64,000 nt of DNA from Rhodosorus marinus CCMP1338. Taxonomy: Eukaryota; Plantae; Rhodophyta. The position numbers were made by a program, and so were the translations under genes. The notes beneath the pieces are model-generated. The model was not told the origin of the DNA. It saw nothing but the letters and a program-made list of their open reading frames with translations, and searched no databases. Where the stretch lies: NCBI GenBank assembly GCA_029953675.1, contig JAMWBK010000003.1, forward strand, positions 2,976,001-3,040,000. Reading direction: 5' to 3'. Below, piece by piece: positions 46,983 to 57,727 of this stretch (its first letter is position 1; every line of letters begins with the position of its first letter).

Positions 46983-49730
46983 CTACAGCTTTCGATCGTA
47001 GTACCTCTGAAATGTTGCTTGAATGCGTTTTTCCTTTAGCTCTTGTAATTCCTCTGGTGTCATTTCACTCTCTGGCTTTTCGTTTGCGTTGTCGTCGCCT
47101 TTCAATACAGAGGTTACTGGTTCAGCAATCTTTTGAATAAACTTGGATATCAAATCCCGTTTCCGCATTTTTTTTGAGTTGCTCCCGGAAGTCCCATCGT
47201 CATCTTCATCGTCCTCTAGGTCTTCTGGATTGATTTCATTTCCATCCTCATCCACGTAAACATATGCGACAGTTTCACCATTCTCGTCAACCTCGTAATC
47301 ACTTGGGTCCATCTCATTCCCATCCTCATCAACGTAGACAACTGCGACATCTTCATCTGCGTCGGTAGTTGCACTATACGCGGACTCGTCAACTTCGTTT
47401 CCATCCTCATCTACGTAAACATATTGCACAGCTTGACCTGCCTCGTCAATCGCATATGCAGATGGGTCTAGTTCATTTCCATCTTCATCTACATACACGT
47501 ATTCTGCTTCTTCCTCGAGCGATTTGTCGGAATCCTCCGCAGACGTTGTGAGTTTTCTGACAAGTCGAGAAAACATGTCCCTCTTCCTTTCTCTGGACTC
47601 CTTGATAGTTGTGAGCTCTTCCGTCAAGTTCTCCGATACATTTTCAACTTTTACATTTTCCGATAGGAGCTTCTCGTCTTTTTTCTGGCCACCTGACGGT
47701 ACGAACTCCGGTTTCACGTCCTTGGTTTCAGTTTTCACGGCTTCAACTGTTTCTACAACTTTCTCTTCAACCTTGGCTACGGGCTCTTCCTTCACTTTCT
47801 TCGGCTCTGCAATTAGTGCTTCGACTTCTTCATTCTCGGATTTTGCTTCCTCTTCCTCCGAATCCTCCGAAACAGAAGGTTCAGATGAGCGGTTGCCCAA
47901 CAGCCGAGAAAATATGTTCTTTCGCTCTTCTCTATCGTCGGTGGCGGGAGTGACCTCGTCTGCCACGTCCTCCGCCACGGATGCAGCAGCTAACGGCTCC
48001 TCAACCACAGTCTTGGGGATGTCAGGCAAAACTGCTTTCACCTTTGGTTCAGGAGTCTTAGTTTCAGCCTTTTCGGGTTCTGGTTTCTGGTAATCTTCCG
48101 CCGCATCCTCCTCCGCCTTCTCTTCCTCCGCCTCTTCCGATTCGGGCTTTGGAGTTCCGAAAATACTCTTCAACAGTGAGAATGCGCCCACCTTTTTGGT
48201 TTCCGTCTCGACGTCCTCGCTGGACGGGAAATCTTCCTCCTTCTCAGTCTCGGCCTTTGTATCCACGACCGCCGGTTGTGGGACCTCCAACTTCGGCTCC
48301 AACTTCGGCTCCGGCTCCGGCTCCGGTTCCGGCTCGGGTTCTGGCTGCAGTTCCTGCTGTTGCTCCTCCTCCTCATCTGGTTCTGGCTCTTTCTTTGACC
48401 ACAGGCGTTGGAAAAACCCTGGCTTCTCTGAAGCCTTTTCCTCAGTATCAGATTCCTCTGCCGCGATCGTCTCCCCTACTTTCTCCTCCGCTTTCTCAAC
48501 CACCTTTTCAACGGTCTTCTCCGTTGCTGTCGCTCCCGACGGAGAACTGGGCTTCCAGGAAGGTTGAGCTACTCGCAATTTTTCTTTCACTTCCACCTCG
48601 ACAGCTTCTCCTTCAAGGACAGCACTCTGCTTTCCGACAAACATTGAGGTCGTTCCTGCTAGCAGCATGAAAGCGCCGGCACCAGCAGCGTAATACTGTT
48701 GAGACGAGCGGAGAAGAATGACAGAATAGAGCATTAGACTCATTGGAAAATGCTGTCTTGCATTCCGGTGTTTCAACTATTCTTGCAACATCCTCAACAA
48801 ATCTGGGTATCATCTAGGGTTACTTGAACGAAACCTGCAGATCGTCTTGGATCGGATTGTGGAATACAAAGCGTAGCTCTACTAATGAAGAAGCAGCATG
48901 CAAGACACTCTGATGTATGAAGCTCCCTTACCGTCCCCATAATACAGAGTGCGCTCATGATGAGCCCCGACAGGCCTATACCGACCAATATTGAGATAAA
49001 CGCAGGAAGCGCATTCATTCCTAGGACATACGCGACCATTGTGCCAGTCCAGGCGCCCGTTCCTGGCAGGGGAATTCCCACGAACAGGGCAAGCGCTATA
49101 AGCCGCTTGCGTGAATCTCCAAAGTCTTTAGAAAGGGTAGAGATTGCCATTCAGATGGGGAAACTCTGCGAAAGGGGGATTTCTCAGCCTGCATTTCGGC
49201 CACAGTCGCATACCTTCGGCTAGAGATCGAGCTCGCTTTACAAGTCCACCAATAAGCTGTCTCACGATTTTCATCCTCAGTGCGAAAAAGAGGGGAATGA
49301 CGGGGAGAAAGTTACCGAGGACACAAGTATAGTAGATGGTTAGGGGATGGAATCCCATCAAGTATCCTATGGGAACTCCACCACGTAGCTCGACTATTGG
49401 AAGCGCGGAGATTGCCGCAAGTACCAATTGATCGGAAAGTCCCTATGGATGAACAAAAGACGAAACCGGTCAGATCCAGAAAGATCTATACAGTTCTCAA
49501 GCTGGAGATCCTATAGATTCAATGCTCACCCATCGAGTACTCAAGTATTTTGCAATATCCAGCGAAGTAGACGCAACGGCGCGTGCAGGAAGAAACGCAC
49601 CAACAACACCAGCAACACCCTTAGCAGCTTTGGTCACAGCCACTTTCTTCTCCTTCTTCAACGCACATGTCACCGTAAGCCGGCGTTTTAACCGAGGCCT
49701 CGCAGCCCCCGGAGCAACAAATCCGGTCAT
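46983..49730 (-). CDS. Plastid 'putative small multidrug export' (PF06695/COG2426-like) membrane protein, apparently fused to a ~570-aa acidic repetitive tail (4 exons)
   Basis: Transit peptide MTGFVAPG..., 'ISALPIVELRGGVPIG', 'LGNFLPV', 'LALFVGIPLPGTGAWTG'. Donor at 48931 splices in phase 0 to a strong polypyrimidine acceptor at 48696, supplying the last TM (YYAAGAGAFMLL) and continuing to 46983. The family call is strong; the fusion is inferred. Confidence 0.7.
47235..47505 (-). repeat. Four ~27-aa (Y/V)VYVDEDGNE protein repeats
   Basis: EYVYVDEDGNELDP / QYVYVDEDGNEVDE / VVYVDEDGNEMDP / AYVYVDEDGNEINP in the translated ORF. Confidence 0.9.
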
Positions 49731-51413
49731 GCTCTCCGTTATGCCTTCTTCTCAACTACTCACCAACCAAACCAAGCAAAACACAAAACCAATCACACCA
49801 AAACAAAAAACAAAAAAACCACCTACAAAATCTCGCCTCAAGATCCAAAATTACTTCCCCAAACCTCCTACTTCTACAAAGCACTCCATTCCCTTACCTA
49901 CCTACCCATCCATACATAGAAAATCCTGAGTGTGAGACCCCTAAACCATTCCCCAACCAACTCCAAAGAAAAAAACCAAAGCAGTCGGTCATCCTATCAT
50001 CCATACTTCTATCCCCCACAAAACCGAAAGCATCCAATCTATCTCTCCTTCCCCCCCTCATGACTCCGATCCGTCTCCACATCGCACAGCCACACGCCAC
50101 TACTACACAAATCTTGTTAATCGTTCACCTCATAAAATCAATCCAATCTCATTATTCAATCAAAATAATTCATTATTTGTTAATTGCGTAACCTAGTCAG
50201 TCTATAACAAGAACTATTGATTGAATAGTTAGATGACGCTTAAATCATATCTATTGATCTGATCAGGTACTACGGGGGTTAGATGAATCAAATATCTTAA
50301 GGGTCGCCAGATAAAGTTGATTATTGTTTATAAAATACGAATGTTCGGTATGCCCAATAGCGAAAGCCGTCGATTTTTTCCTGGCTGAAACCCCCCCTTC
50401 CCTCATACACGATTTTATTCCTTTGGAAGAAACTTTTCGATTATTTGTTGAATTAATTGGAGAAACGAAGATTTGTTGGATCAACGAAAATAAATTTGAC
50501 TGAATAGACGGAAATACTTGGATTTTTTTTGTTGGGTTCGTTTTAGTAAGGAGACCGTTTTGGAAAGTACTATAACGGTTAGGAAGGAGGGTTGCGTGCG
50601 GTGGATTTGCCTCAAGCTGAGCTATTGAAGTTGAGCTATGTGTCCAAGTCACAAAGCGGGTTCGTAGATGATCTTGATATGCTTACTGACCAAAGAGGAA
50701 GAGGTGCTTGCGGGAATTTTACAGAAAGGCGTCCCATCGTTGCGGAGGTGGAGGTGCCCGCCTTTTTGTGTTTTGGTTGGTTTACAACGACAAGGAAGAG
50801 TGCAAGGACAATAGAGTCGACCCAGATGTGGTGATGTAGACAGTGCCACGCAGGATCCATGCTCCCTCTGTCCATCGATTGTACCACCAGAGTACTCTGG
50901 TCCCAGATCCCTCACAATACCAAACGACCAGACAAATGCTTCTAGCTCACAACGACATCAAAAAAAAATTGAACACTCCACCCATTCTTCATTAATTTAT
51001 TTTTGCTTTTCAATAGATATATGTGGCTGAAAAGCAGTTTTTCGCGGCTCACTATCTTCCCTGGTTAAAAAACTTCAAAAACAATTCTTTCGTAAAGTAT
51101 CGAAAACGACGTTTCAGCTATTTATTTCATCGGTTTCCGAAAAAAATACAAATCTTGAAAAAATTGTTTTATTGATACCATTTTAATATATAATTTTTTA
51201 CAATTTGTAACGGACAGGAGCTTTCTTTTTCTTGATTTGATAGAATTCCTAACTGTTTTACATGGCCCGTGGCTGGTCGTAGAGTCTGGGTAGTCAGTAT
51301 TTTGATATCCTATTCTCCCTAGACTTGTGATCGAATCTGGAGGGTAGACACTGGAATGTGGGCTGTTTGCCTATCAGACTAATTGCCTGTTCAAGCCCTG
51401 TTCAAATTGAGCC

Positions 51414-51519
51414 CGTTTGCCTGCCGCGTCTGCCTGCCACGTCTGCCTGCCCCCGTCTGCCTGCCCCCGTCTGCCTGCCCCCGTCTGCCTGCCCCCGTCT
51501 GCCTGCCCCCGTCTGCCTG
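51414..51519. repeat. 14-bp minisatellite (cgtctgcctgcccc) x ~7-8
   Basis: Direct reading of 51414-51519. Confidence 0.9.
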
Positions 51520-51628
51520 TCTTGTCGCCTGATTAGCACGTCTTGGCATCATGAACGCGGTGGGGAACCGTGAAAGGATGTTCTGCAAACGAGGAGTGTC
51601 TCCACACTCTAAGAACTCCCTGTGTGTC

Positions 51629-51876
51629 TAGATGCAATGCTCACCCATTGAATACTCAAGTAGTTTGACAATATCCAACCAAGTAGACGCAACCGCGTGC
51701 ACAGGAAGAAACGCACCAACAACACCAGCAACACCTTTAGGGAGCCTTGCTCACAGCCGTTTTCTTCTCCTGCTTCAACTCACATGTCACAGCAAGCCGG
51801 CGTTTTAACCGAGCTCTTACAACGGCGGGAGTAACAAATCCAGTCGTGCTACCTGTGCTTCCTTCTTCTCAACTAC
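51629..51876 (-). pseudogene. Dead duplicate of exon 1 (plus leader and intron-1 donor) of the PF06695 gene
   Basis: Aligns to 49514-49759 at roughly 80% by eye. Start codon ATG changed to ACG, single-base insertions are present, and the GTGAGC donor is retained. Confidence 0.85.
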
Positions 51877-52155
51877 AAAACAATGACAACCGAAACATTA
51901 CGAATCTAAAAGAACAAAGTCCCAACCACTTCACAACTTATCGCCAAGCAAGCTCCTGAGCACCTTTCGCCCAGGGATTCGAGCAGAGAACCGGCAGCGG
52001 TACCAAGTTGATAGACGCTTCTTTCTGGAACGAAGACAGCTCGTTTATTCTGACGTGGGAGTGACAATGCATAGAGCCTATTCTCATCTTACAGAAGCTG
52101 TGTCGGGTTTCTCCTTGGCCCATATGGGTTCGGAGATCTCGAGTTAAGCTTTGGG

Positions 52156-53575
52156 ATGGGGATGCATGGCAAGGATTTAGTTCAGTTCGCAGTAAGCATA
52201 CTAATCCACGGGACCCTCGCTGAATCCAACTTCTGACCACATCGAATTTGTGAAACAAGCAGGAACAGGGAAACGTTCGAGGTCTGATAGAAAGTGCTGT
52301 AGAATGCGACTTGGCAGAGTTTAGGTGGAAGGACGGCCGGAGCCTACTGCACCTAGCAAGCGCAGCTGGTCAGCTACAGAGTTGTCGTACGCTAATCCAG
52401 ATAGGTGTAGATATTAACGCACGAGAGAGGAAGCATCTTCGGGTAGGCTTGTCATATGCTTTTCTCACTTCGTCTTAAAGGGGGACCAGCCTTCTGAACT
52501 TGTGCATGGGCATTCGTCAGACTCCCCTTTACGAAAGCGCTGCCTCGGGTCACAACGACGTCGTTCAGGAACTCCTTCAATTCGGCGCGAAGGTTAATCT
52601 TGCGAAGAGTGGGGAATGGACTCCACTTATGGTCGCGGCGAGCAAAGGTTTTCCGGACGTCGTACAATCCTTGATATCGCATCGAGCGAGGTTGGACCTG
52701 TTCAATTCTGAAGGTTTCGGGGCTCAAATCCATCTTTTTTTAAAACCAAAACGAGTCGCCTTTCTCAACGTTTCCCTGACTCGTGCTACATCTTCACCTA
52801 GGGGCTTCAGCTCTACACCTTGCCGCTCGTAATGGCAATGAGCACGTAGTGAGGCTTATCCTCGATCACGATGCTTCCTGTCGACTTGTAAAGTCAGTGA
52901 ACCGCGTAGGCAAGACGCCACTGTTTCACGCATGCTACAGAGGGAACATGAAAGCTATTGAGCTTCTGATTGATTCTGGATCCGACCTAATGCACCGTGA
53001 TAGTGGACGGTCAACAATTCTGCATGAAGCGTGTTCGCAGGGTCAACGTGAGGCCGTTAAGCTTCTTCTTACGAAAGCCGGCGAAATGGGATTGTGTTCT
53101 GAGCTCACTTCCGCGCAAGATGCCATCGGTAAGGCGTGCATTTCGGTCTACCTTTCAGCGAAAGGCCGTGGTCTGGCGGGCACACTGTGTTGCCCTCCAA
53201 GAGTAACCTTCGATGACAAGTCAAAGTCGACCTGCATCAGTTGTTTGGCAACATGCATTCTCCTTCGTGGATTAACTGGTGTATCCCTTTGGAGGGCTTT
53301 TAAGAGCTTTCCCGGCACGTTCTAAGCGGATACAATGTTCTAATCTCGCCTTTCTGCGTCTCTCGGCATGAACCGGAACAGGCGACACGCCCCTACACTC
53401 CGCTGTGGCCGGTGAGAGCGTGCAATGTATTCGACTCATGCTTGAAGCCCCAGGAGCAGATCAGTACGTGAAGAACAAACGATCGAAGACTCCGTATGAG
53501 TTGGCGGTCTCTCGAAAGTCGGACACTATTGCTGAGATCTTGCTTTCCGGTAGATCCTGTCGAAATCTGCGCTAG
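52156..53575 (+). CDS. Ankyrin-repeat protein (about 5 exons; both ends uncertain)
   Basis: Repeats 'GRSLLHLASAAG', 'TPLYESAASG', 'TPLMVAASKG', 'SALHLAARNG', 'TPLFHACYRG', 'TILHEACSQG', 'TPLHSAVAG', joined by frame-consistent GT-AG introns. Confidence 0.85.
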
Positions 53576-53601
53576 AGCTCACTACCGGGGAGGATGCTGG
53601 A

Positions 53602-54556
53602 GTATGCCATTGATGAAAATGCAAAGGCCAAGCTGCAGCTTGAACACGAACACCCGCGAATGCCTTTTGGCTTCGACGTACATTTAGGGCTGCTAATAGA
53701 TACTTTCTGCTAGATGTTTTGAAAAGACGAAACCGACGAGAGTGGAAGAAGGTTTCCGCGAATTCGAGGGTGTACATCCTGCTTGTGCCGAAGTTTATCT
53801 GCTCCAAAGTCCAATCACACTGTGGTCGCATCGCGTCTGGGTTGGATGGTTGTCCCATAAATGTGCCAAACACGGACAATCGCAGGGACAAGTTCTCTGG
53901 TACTCAAGGTGGATCGGCTTTCTCAAATCTCTGCCGGCCCCGTAGTCGGGGATGGACGAGCAATCAGTACCAGGCGTCCGACCACGTCCTTACGTTGTAG
54001 ACCTGCTGAATTCTCGGCGGCCCTGGTCTCTAGAATCCAAGAAGTACTGAATGTTCTCCGTGAATGCCGGCGCGCTGCGCAAAGTGCTCGGAAGGCGGTG
54101 GGGACCGTTGTACTGTCATTGAAGAGAATTTGCTTTGCTTTGGGTGCTCCGTCGAGGTGTTGCTGATACTTGTCCTTGTCGCCGGAAAGGTCAGAATTCT
54201 TCTGTTCAGGAGCAGGAGTTGGTTTTGCGAGATCTTGTGCACAGTTTGGGGGTTGGTTTGAGGTGTCATTGGTATCATATCTCAACATGCACCTCTTTTT
54301 ACCTGAGAAAATCGCGCTAACGGTGTTGACAGTTCTTTTAGTTGGGGTAAGTGTTGTCGATCCTCGCCTAGTCCTGGAGCGGGGGGGAAGGACATCTGGC
54401 GTTCCTTTTGATGGCGCTTGCTTCGGTTTAGCGGAATAAAATGGCGTTTTCTTCTCCTGAACTGTTGATGTTTCGCTTGTGTGGTGTTAGGGCGTCACGT
54501 ACTATATTGTCAGCAAGCAGAGCAAGAAGCCGCCTCCGGACGAGAAAGAAGATTGA
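53602..54556 (+). CDS. Putative spliced coding region ending in a C-terminal TM (tail-anchor-like); may be a 3' extension of the ankyrin gene
   Basis: GTAAGT donor at 54347 and TTAG acceptor at 54490 join KIALTVLTVLLVG|GVTYYIVSKQSKKPPPDEKED*. Upstream exons are ambiguous. Confidence 0.35.
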
Positions 54557-54713
54557 GCTGTGTTTTCTGATGCTTTTGCCAATCGTTCTTTAATATTGCT
54601 AAGCAGATTGTTATGGGATAATGAATTGCTTAGCGGAGGAGAACGAAAATGCGGCAACCCCAATTATTTTCTGAGTTTTTGCGGTTCGATCTAAAGAGCA
54701 CATTACTACCTAT

Positions 54714-56197
54714 TCACACTGCGGATACTGATCCGTAGAAATCATTGGACAGTGGTGGAGGCAGTTCGCCTATTACCCTCTTGCATATTGGGCATGAGGA
54801 GGACTGCAGCAGCCAAGGATCAATACAGTCTTTGTGATATACATGATTGCAGGCCAGTTGTCGAGCTGTCTGTCCAGACTCGAAATCTAACGAAAGAACC
54901 GACGAGAACGATAGACATTAGTACGCTGGGTGCCCATGCCGGATGCCGGGATCGGTACATACCGTCGAGACATATGGCACAGCACAAGGGCTCATCCGAA
55001 TCTGACGCACTTTGAACTTGCTGTCCAGAGCTGGATGGTGCGCTGGAGTCACCGAATATGAAGCTTCCCAACTTCGAGATTGCATCATATCGAGCGTTCA
55101 AATTCCTATTTCTTCGCTTGTAGCGAACCACGTTGAAACCACATTGGAGCAAAATCCAAAGCGCCATACCCCGCATCATCGCCCAAGTGAGTACATCCTT
55201 TCCATAGTCAATATCAAAGTTCGCTTCGCCTTCCTCCGTGAAAGAAACTGTAAGGGCCTTTGTACGGCAGGCTGCTATCTTACGCCATTCGGTGTAAGTT
55301 ATCATGACAGAGGGGATCTTCACATCCAACTCAGACATGCTCCCGTTCAATTTCATGTTCCAAAGTCTGTCACCGTCCTTTTTACAATTCACGATAACCG
55401 CCCCGAGTGCTCCACTCTCCTGCATGTTGAGTACCTTAGTGCCGAAATCACAACTACCTCTCGCAATCACCTGTGTCAACGGAAGAACAGGAAAAAATGC
55501 CTGTTAACGACATTTGTGGCCGCCGGTCCAGATCTCTGGAATTGGCTGTCTTACGGCAATTTTGGATTTCACTGCTTTGAGATCGTCCGGTTCGGTCAGC
55601 GGCTTGCAGCCTTTTGTTTTTTCAGCAAAGGAGAGCAGCTTGTGAGCCCGGGAACGCAGGACCATGCAGTTTGCTGGGTTTCTCACCGTCGTGTAGCAGC
55701 TCAATCTCAGGACTCGCGCTAGCATTATCATCTCGAGTGCTTGCTGGGACCGAGCGGGAAGACTTCTTCAAAACTCTTCTAGCTGAAGGCCATGGCGTTC
55801 TCCCTACAAGATATGCAAGAACCGTGCGATCCGTAGTGCCAATCCTATTCACAAGCCATGATTTCCACGATGAAGCATCCTGCTTTGATTCGTCCATGCT
55901 TGGGTATGGCGCAAAAACAGGCTCATCGTTGACGTTGCTTTCCGTAGGCTTTGGCCCGAATAGGGCCGAAGCGTGGCTTACTACATGCACTCCGCCACAC
56001 CTGGGTTAAGGTACACGCAGAACAGAAGGGAAGGAATTCGTCTGAGTGCTCTCTACGCGGTCCCCAATCGCGGTCCACCCTCAGATCGTATGAATTTCGA
56101 GCAGGGCTTACTCATTAGGGGCGTTCACGATCAGACACGCCGTCCGATCTATGAGAACCAATAACGCTATCCAGCGCACCACGTTACCACTCCACAT
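54714..56197 (-). CDS. Signal peptide - PA domain - TM - RING-H2 E3 ligase (RMR/RNF13-like), 4 exons
   Basis: MWSGNVVRWIALLVL signal, PA 'IARGSCDFGTKVLNMQESGALGAVIVN..VKIPSVMI', a TM segment, and RING-H2 'CAICLDDFESG..LACNHVYHKDCIDPWL...CPICK'. Confidence 0.9.
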
Positions 56198-57727
56198 CCA
56201 ATACGACCTCCGCTGAGCCCAATTCCACTGGATTTTTTAAGTGCCGAATCGGGAACCTCACCCACGCCCACTTAAGTACTCCCCAAGCTACCTTAAATCA
56301 AAGACCATTTCCTTTTCCACGGCCAACAGAAGAACCAATCTCCGGTTTCCTTAGCCCAACACGTAGTCCACGGTACTGCTCACCAAGAACATTCTCACAA
56401 CGCAGTCGCAGTCGAGTCGGTCCAGCTCAACTTCTTCGTTCCAGTGTACAAGCTAGTCAAGCGCAAACTAGTAGCAACCTAAACAGGTGAGCCTTCAGAA
56501 GCGACAACCTCAAATACGCCTTAAAGAAACTATCCTAATTCTTGTGCACACGCTACAAAAAAAACCGACTGAACACGAAACCAGATGCCGACACACCCAC
56601 AACGCTTTCTCAAGCCAATCGTTGCAACGCAAAAACTACTCAGATAAAAATTACAAGAAGAAAAAAAATTGCTCCTTCAAAACAACATAAAACGCCAAGA
56701 TTCCTTAACAGGAATCGCGTAAGATTATCTTACACGCACCACTCACTACCTCCTCCCTACCCTTTTCCTCCCCGACACCTGCTGACCTCATCAAGCTCTT
56801 TAAAAGCACCAAAAGAGAAATACAAAGCAAAAACCCTCGATTCCCATTCAAAAACTCATCCGGGCCACAACCACCAAAAGTTTTATAAAGTATTCAACTG
56901 TTATTGCCTTTTGGCAAATGTTACCCTGAGGACTCTTCTGAGTGTTCGCACATCGATAGGAGACGGAGGACGCTAAATTGACAAAACTCTACGAAAATGA
57001 TTTTCGTTAGTTTTTCAGTTTTGGAGAGTAAAGAAAACGCGTTTCCACCCCCCCCACCGCTCTTACCCTCCTCTACTATTGTTTTAGACCACCCGTTCCC
57101 GTGTTCGCTATTTCATAAATAAGCGTAATATTTCATCAATATAAATTGAAGTAGTAGCAAAATCTTCTCAGTTGTAGAAGGGGGGATTTATTGTCGTTTG
57201 TGAGATGATAAGGAACGTTATACTGCCCCTATATTTGCATTAAATACGATATGAATATCAGTTGATAAATCAATGCGGGATATTTTCTGGCAACAAATTA
57301 TTGATTTTTTTACATTTGATAGGTACGCTGGAATGGGTTTGATCCAATGCAGGAGCAAACTTTTGCTTTTGAAGGTTTGAGGCATTGGAAGGATGACGCT
57401 GAAGAAGAAGAATTCAGCAGCTTCTCTGCTTCCGCGGAAACGAAGTGTACTGGTGCGGACTAAGTTTTCACGAAGCTTGTCACAATTGCTTTTACCACGA
57501 TGAATAACGATCCCGAACAGGGAGATAACTTCGCTAGCTTGCATAGCTTGCATGCTGACGTGGAATGCATGCAAGCGGAGATCGCCAAGCCTTGGGGAAG
57601 GGCCTTCAGGTTTACTGAGACCGTAAGATTCGACTTCCACTACAGGTTCAGACCGCAGGAGGGTCACCTTCCTTGGTCTCGGCTTTCAGTTGATCAAAAG
57701 GTGTTTTTCGGCTCCGTGAACGGTCAT

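Noticed and set aside
50095-50110. U2 branch-point pairing sequence GTGTAGTA on the minus strand
   Set aside because: Flanks do not match U2; it is part of a GT-rich gene leader.
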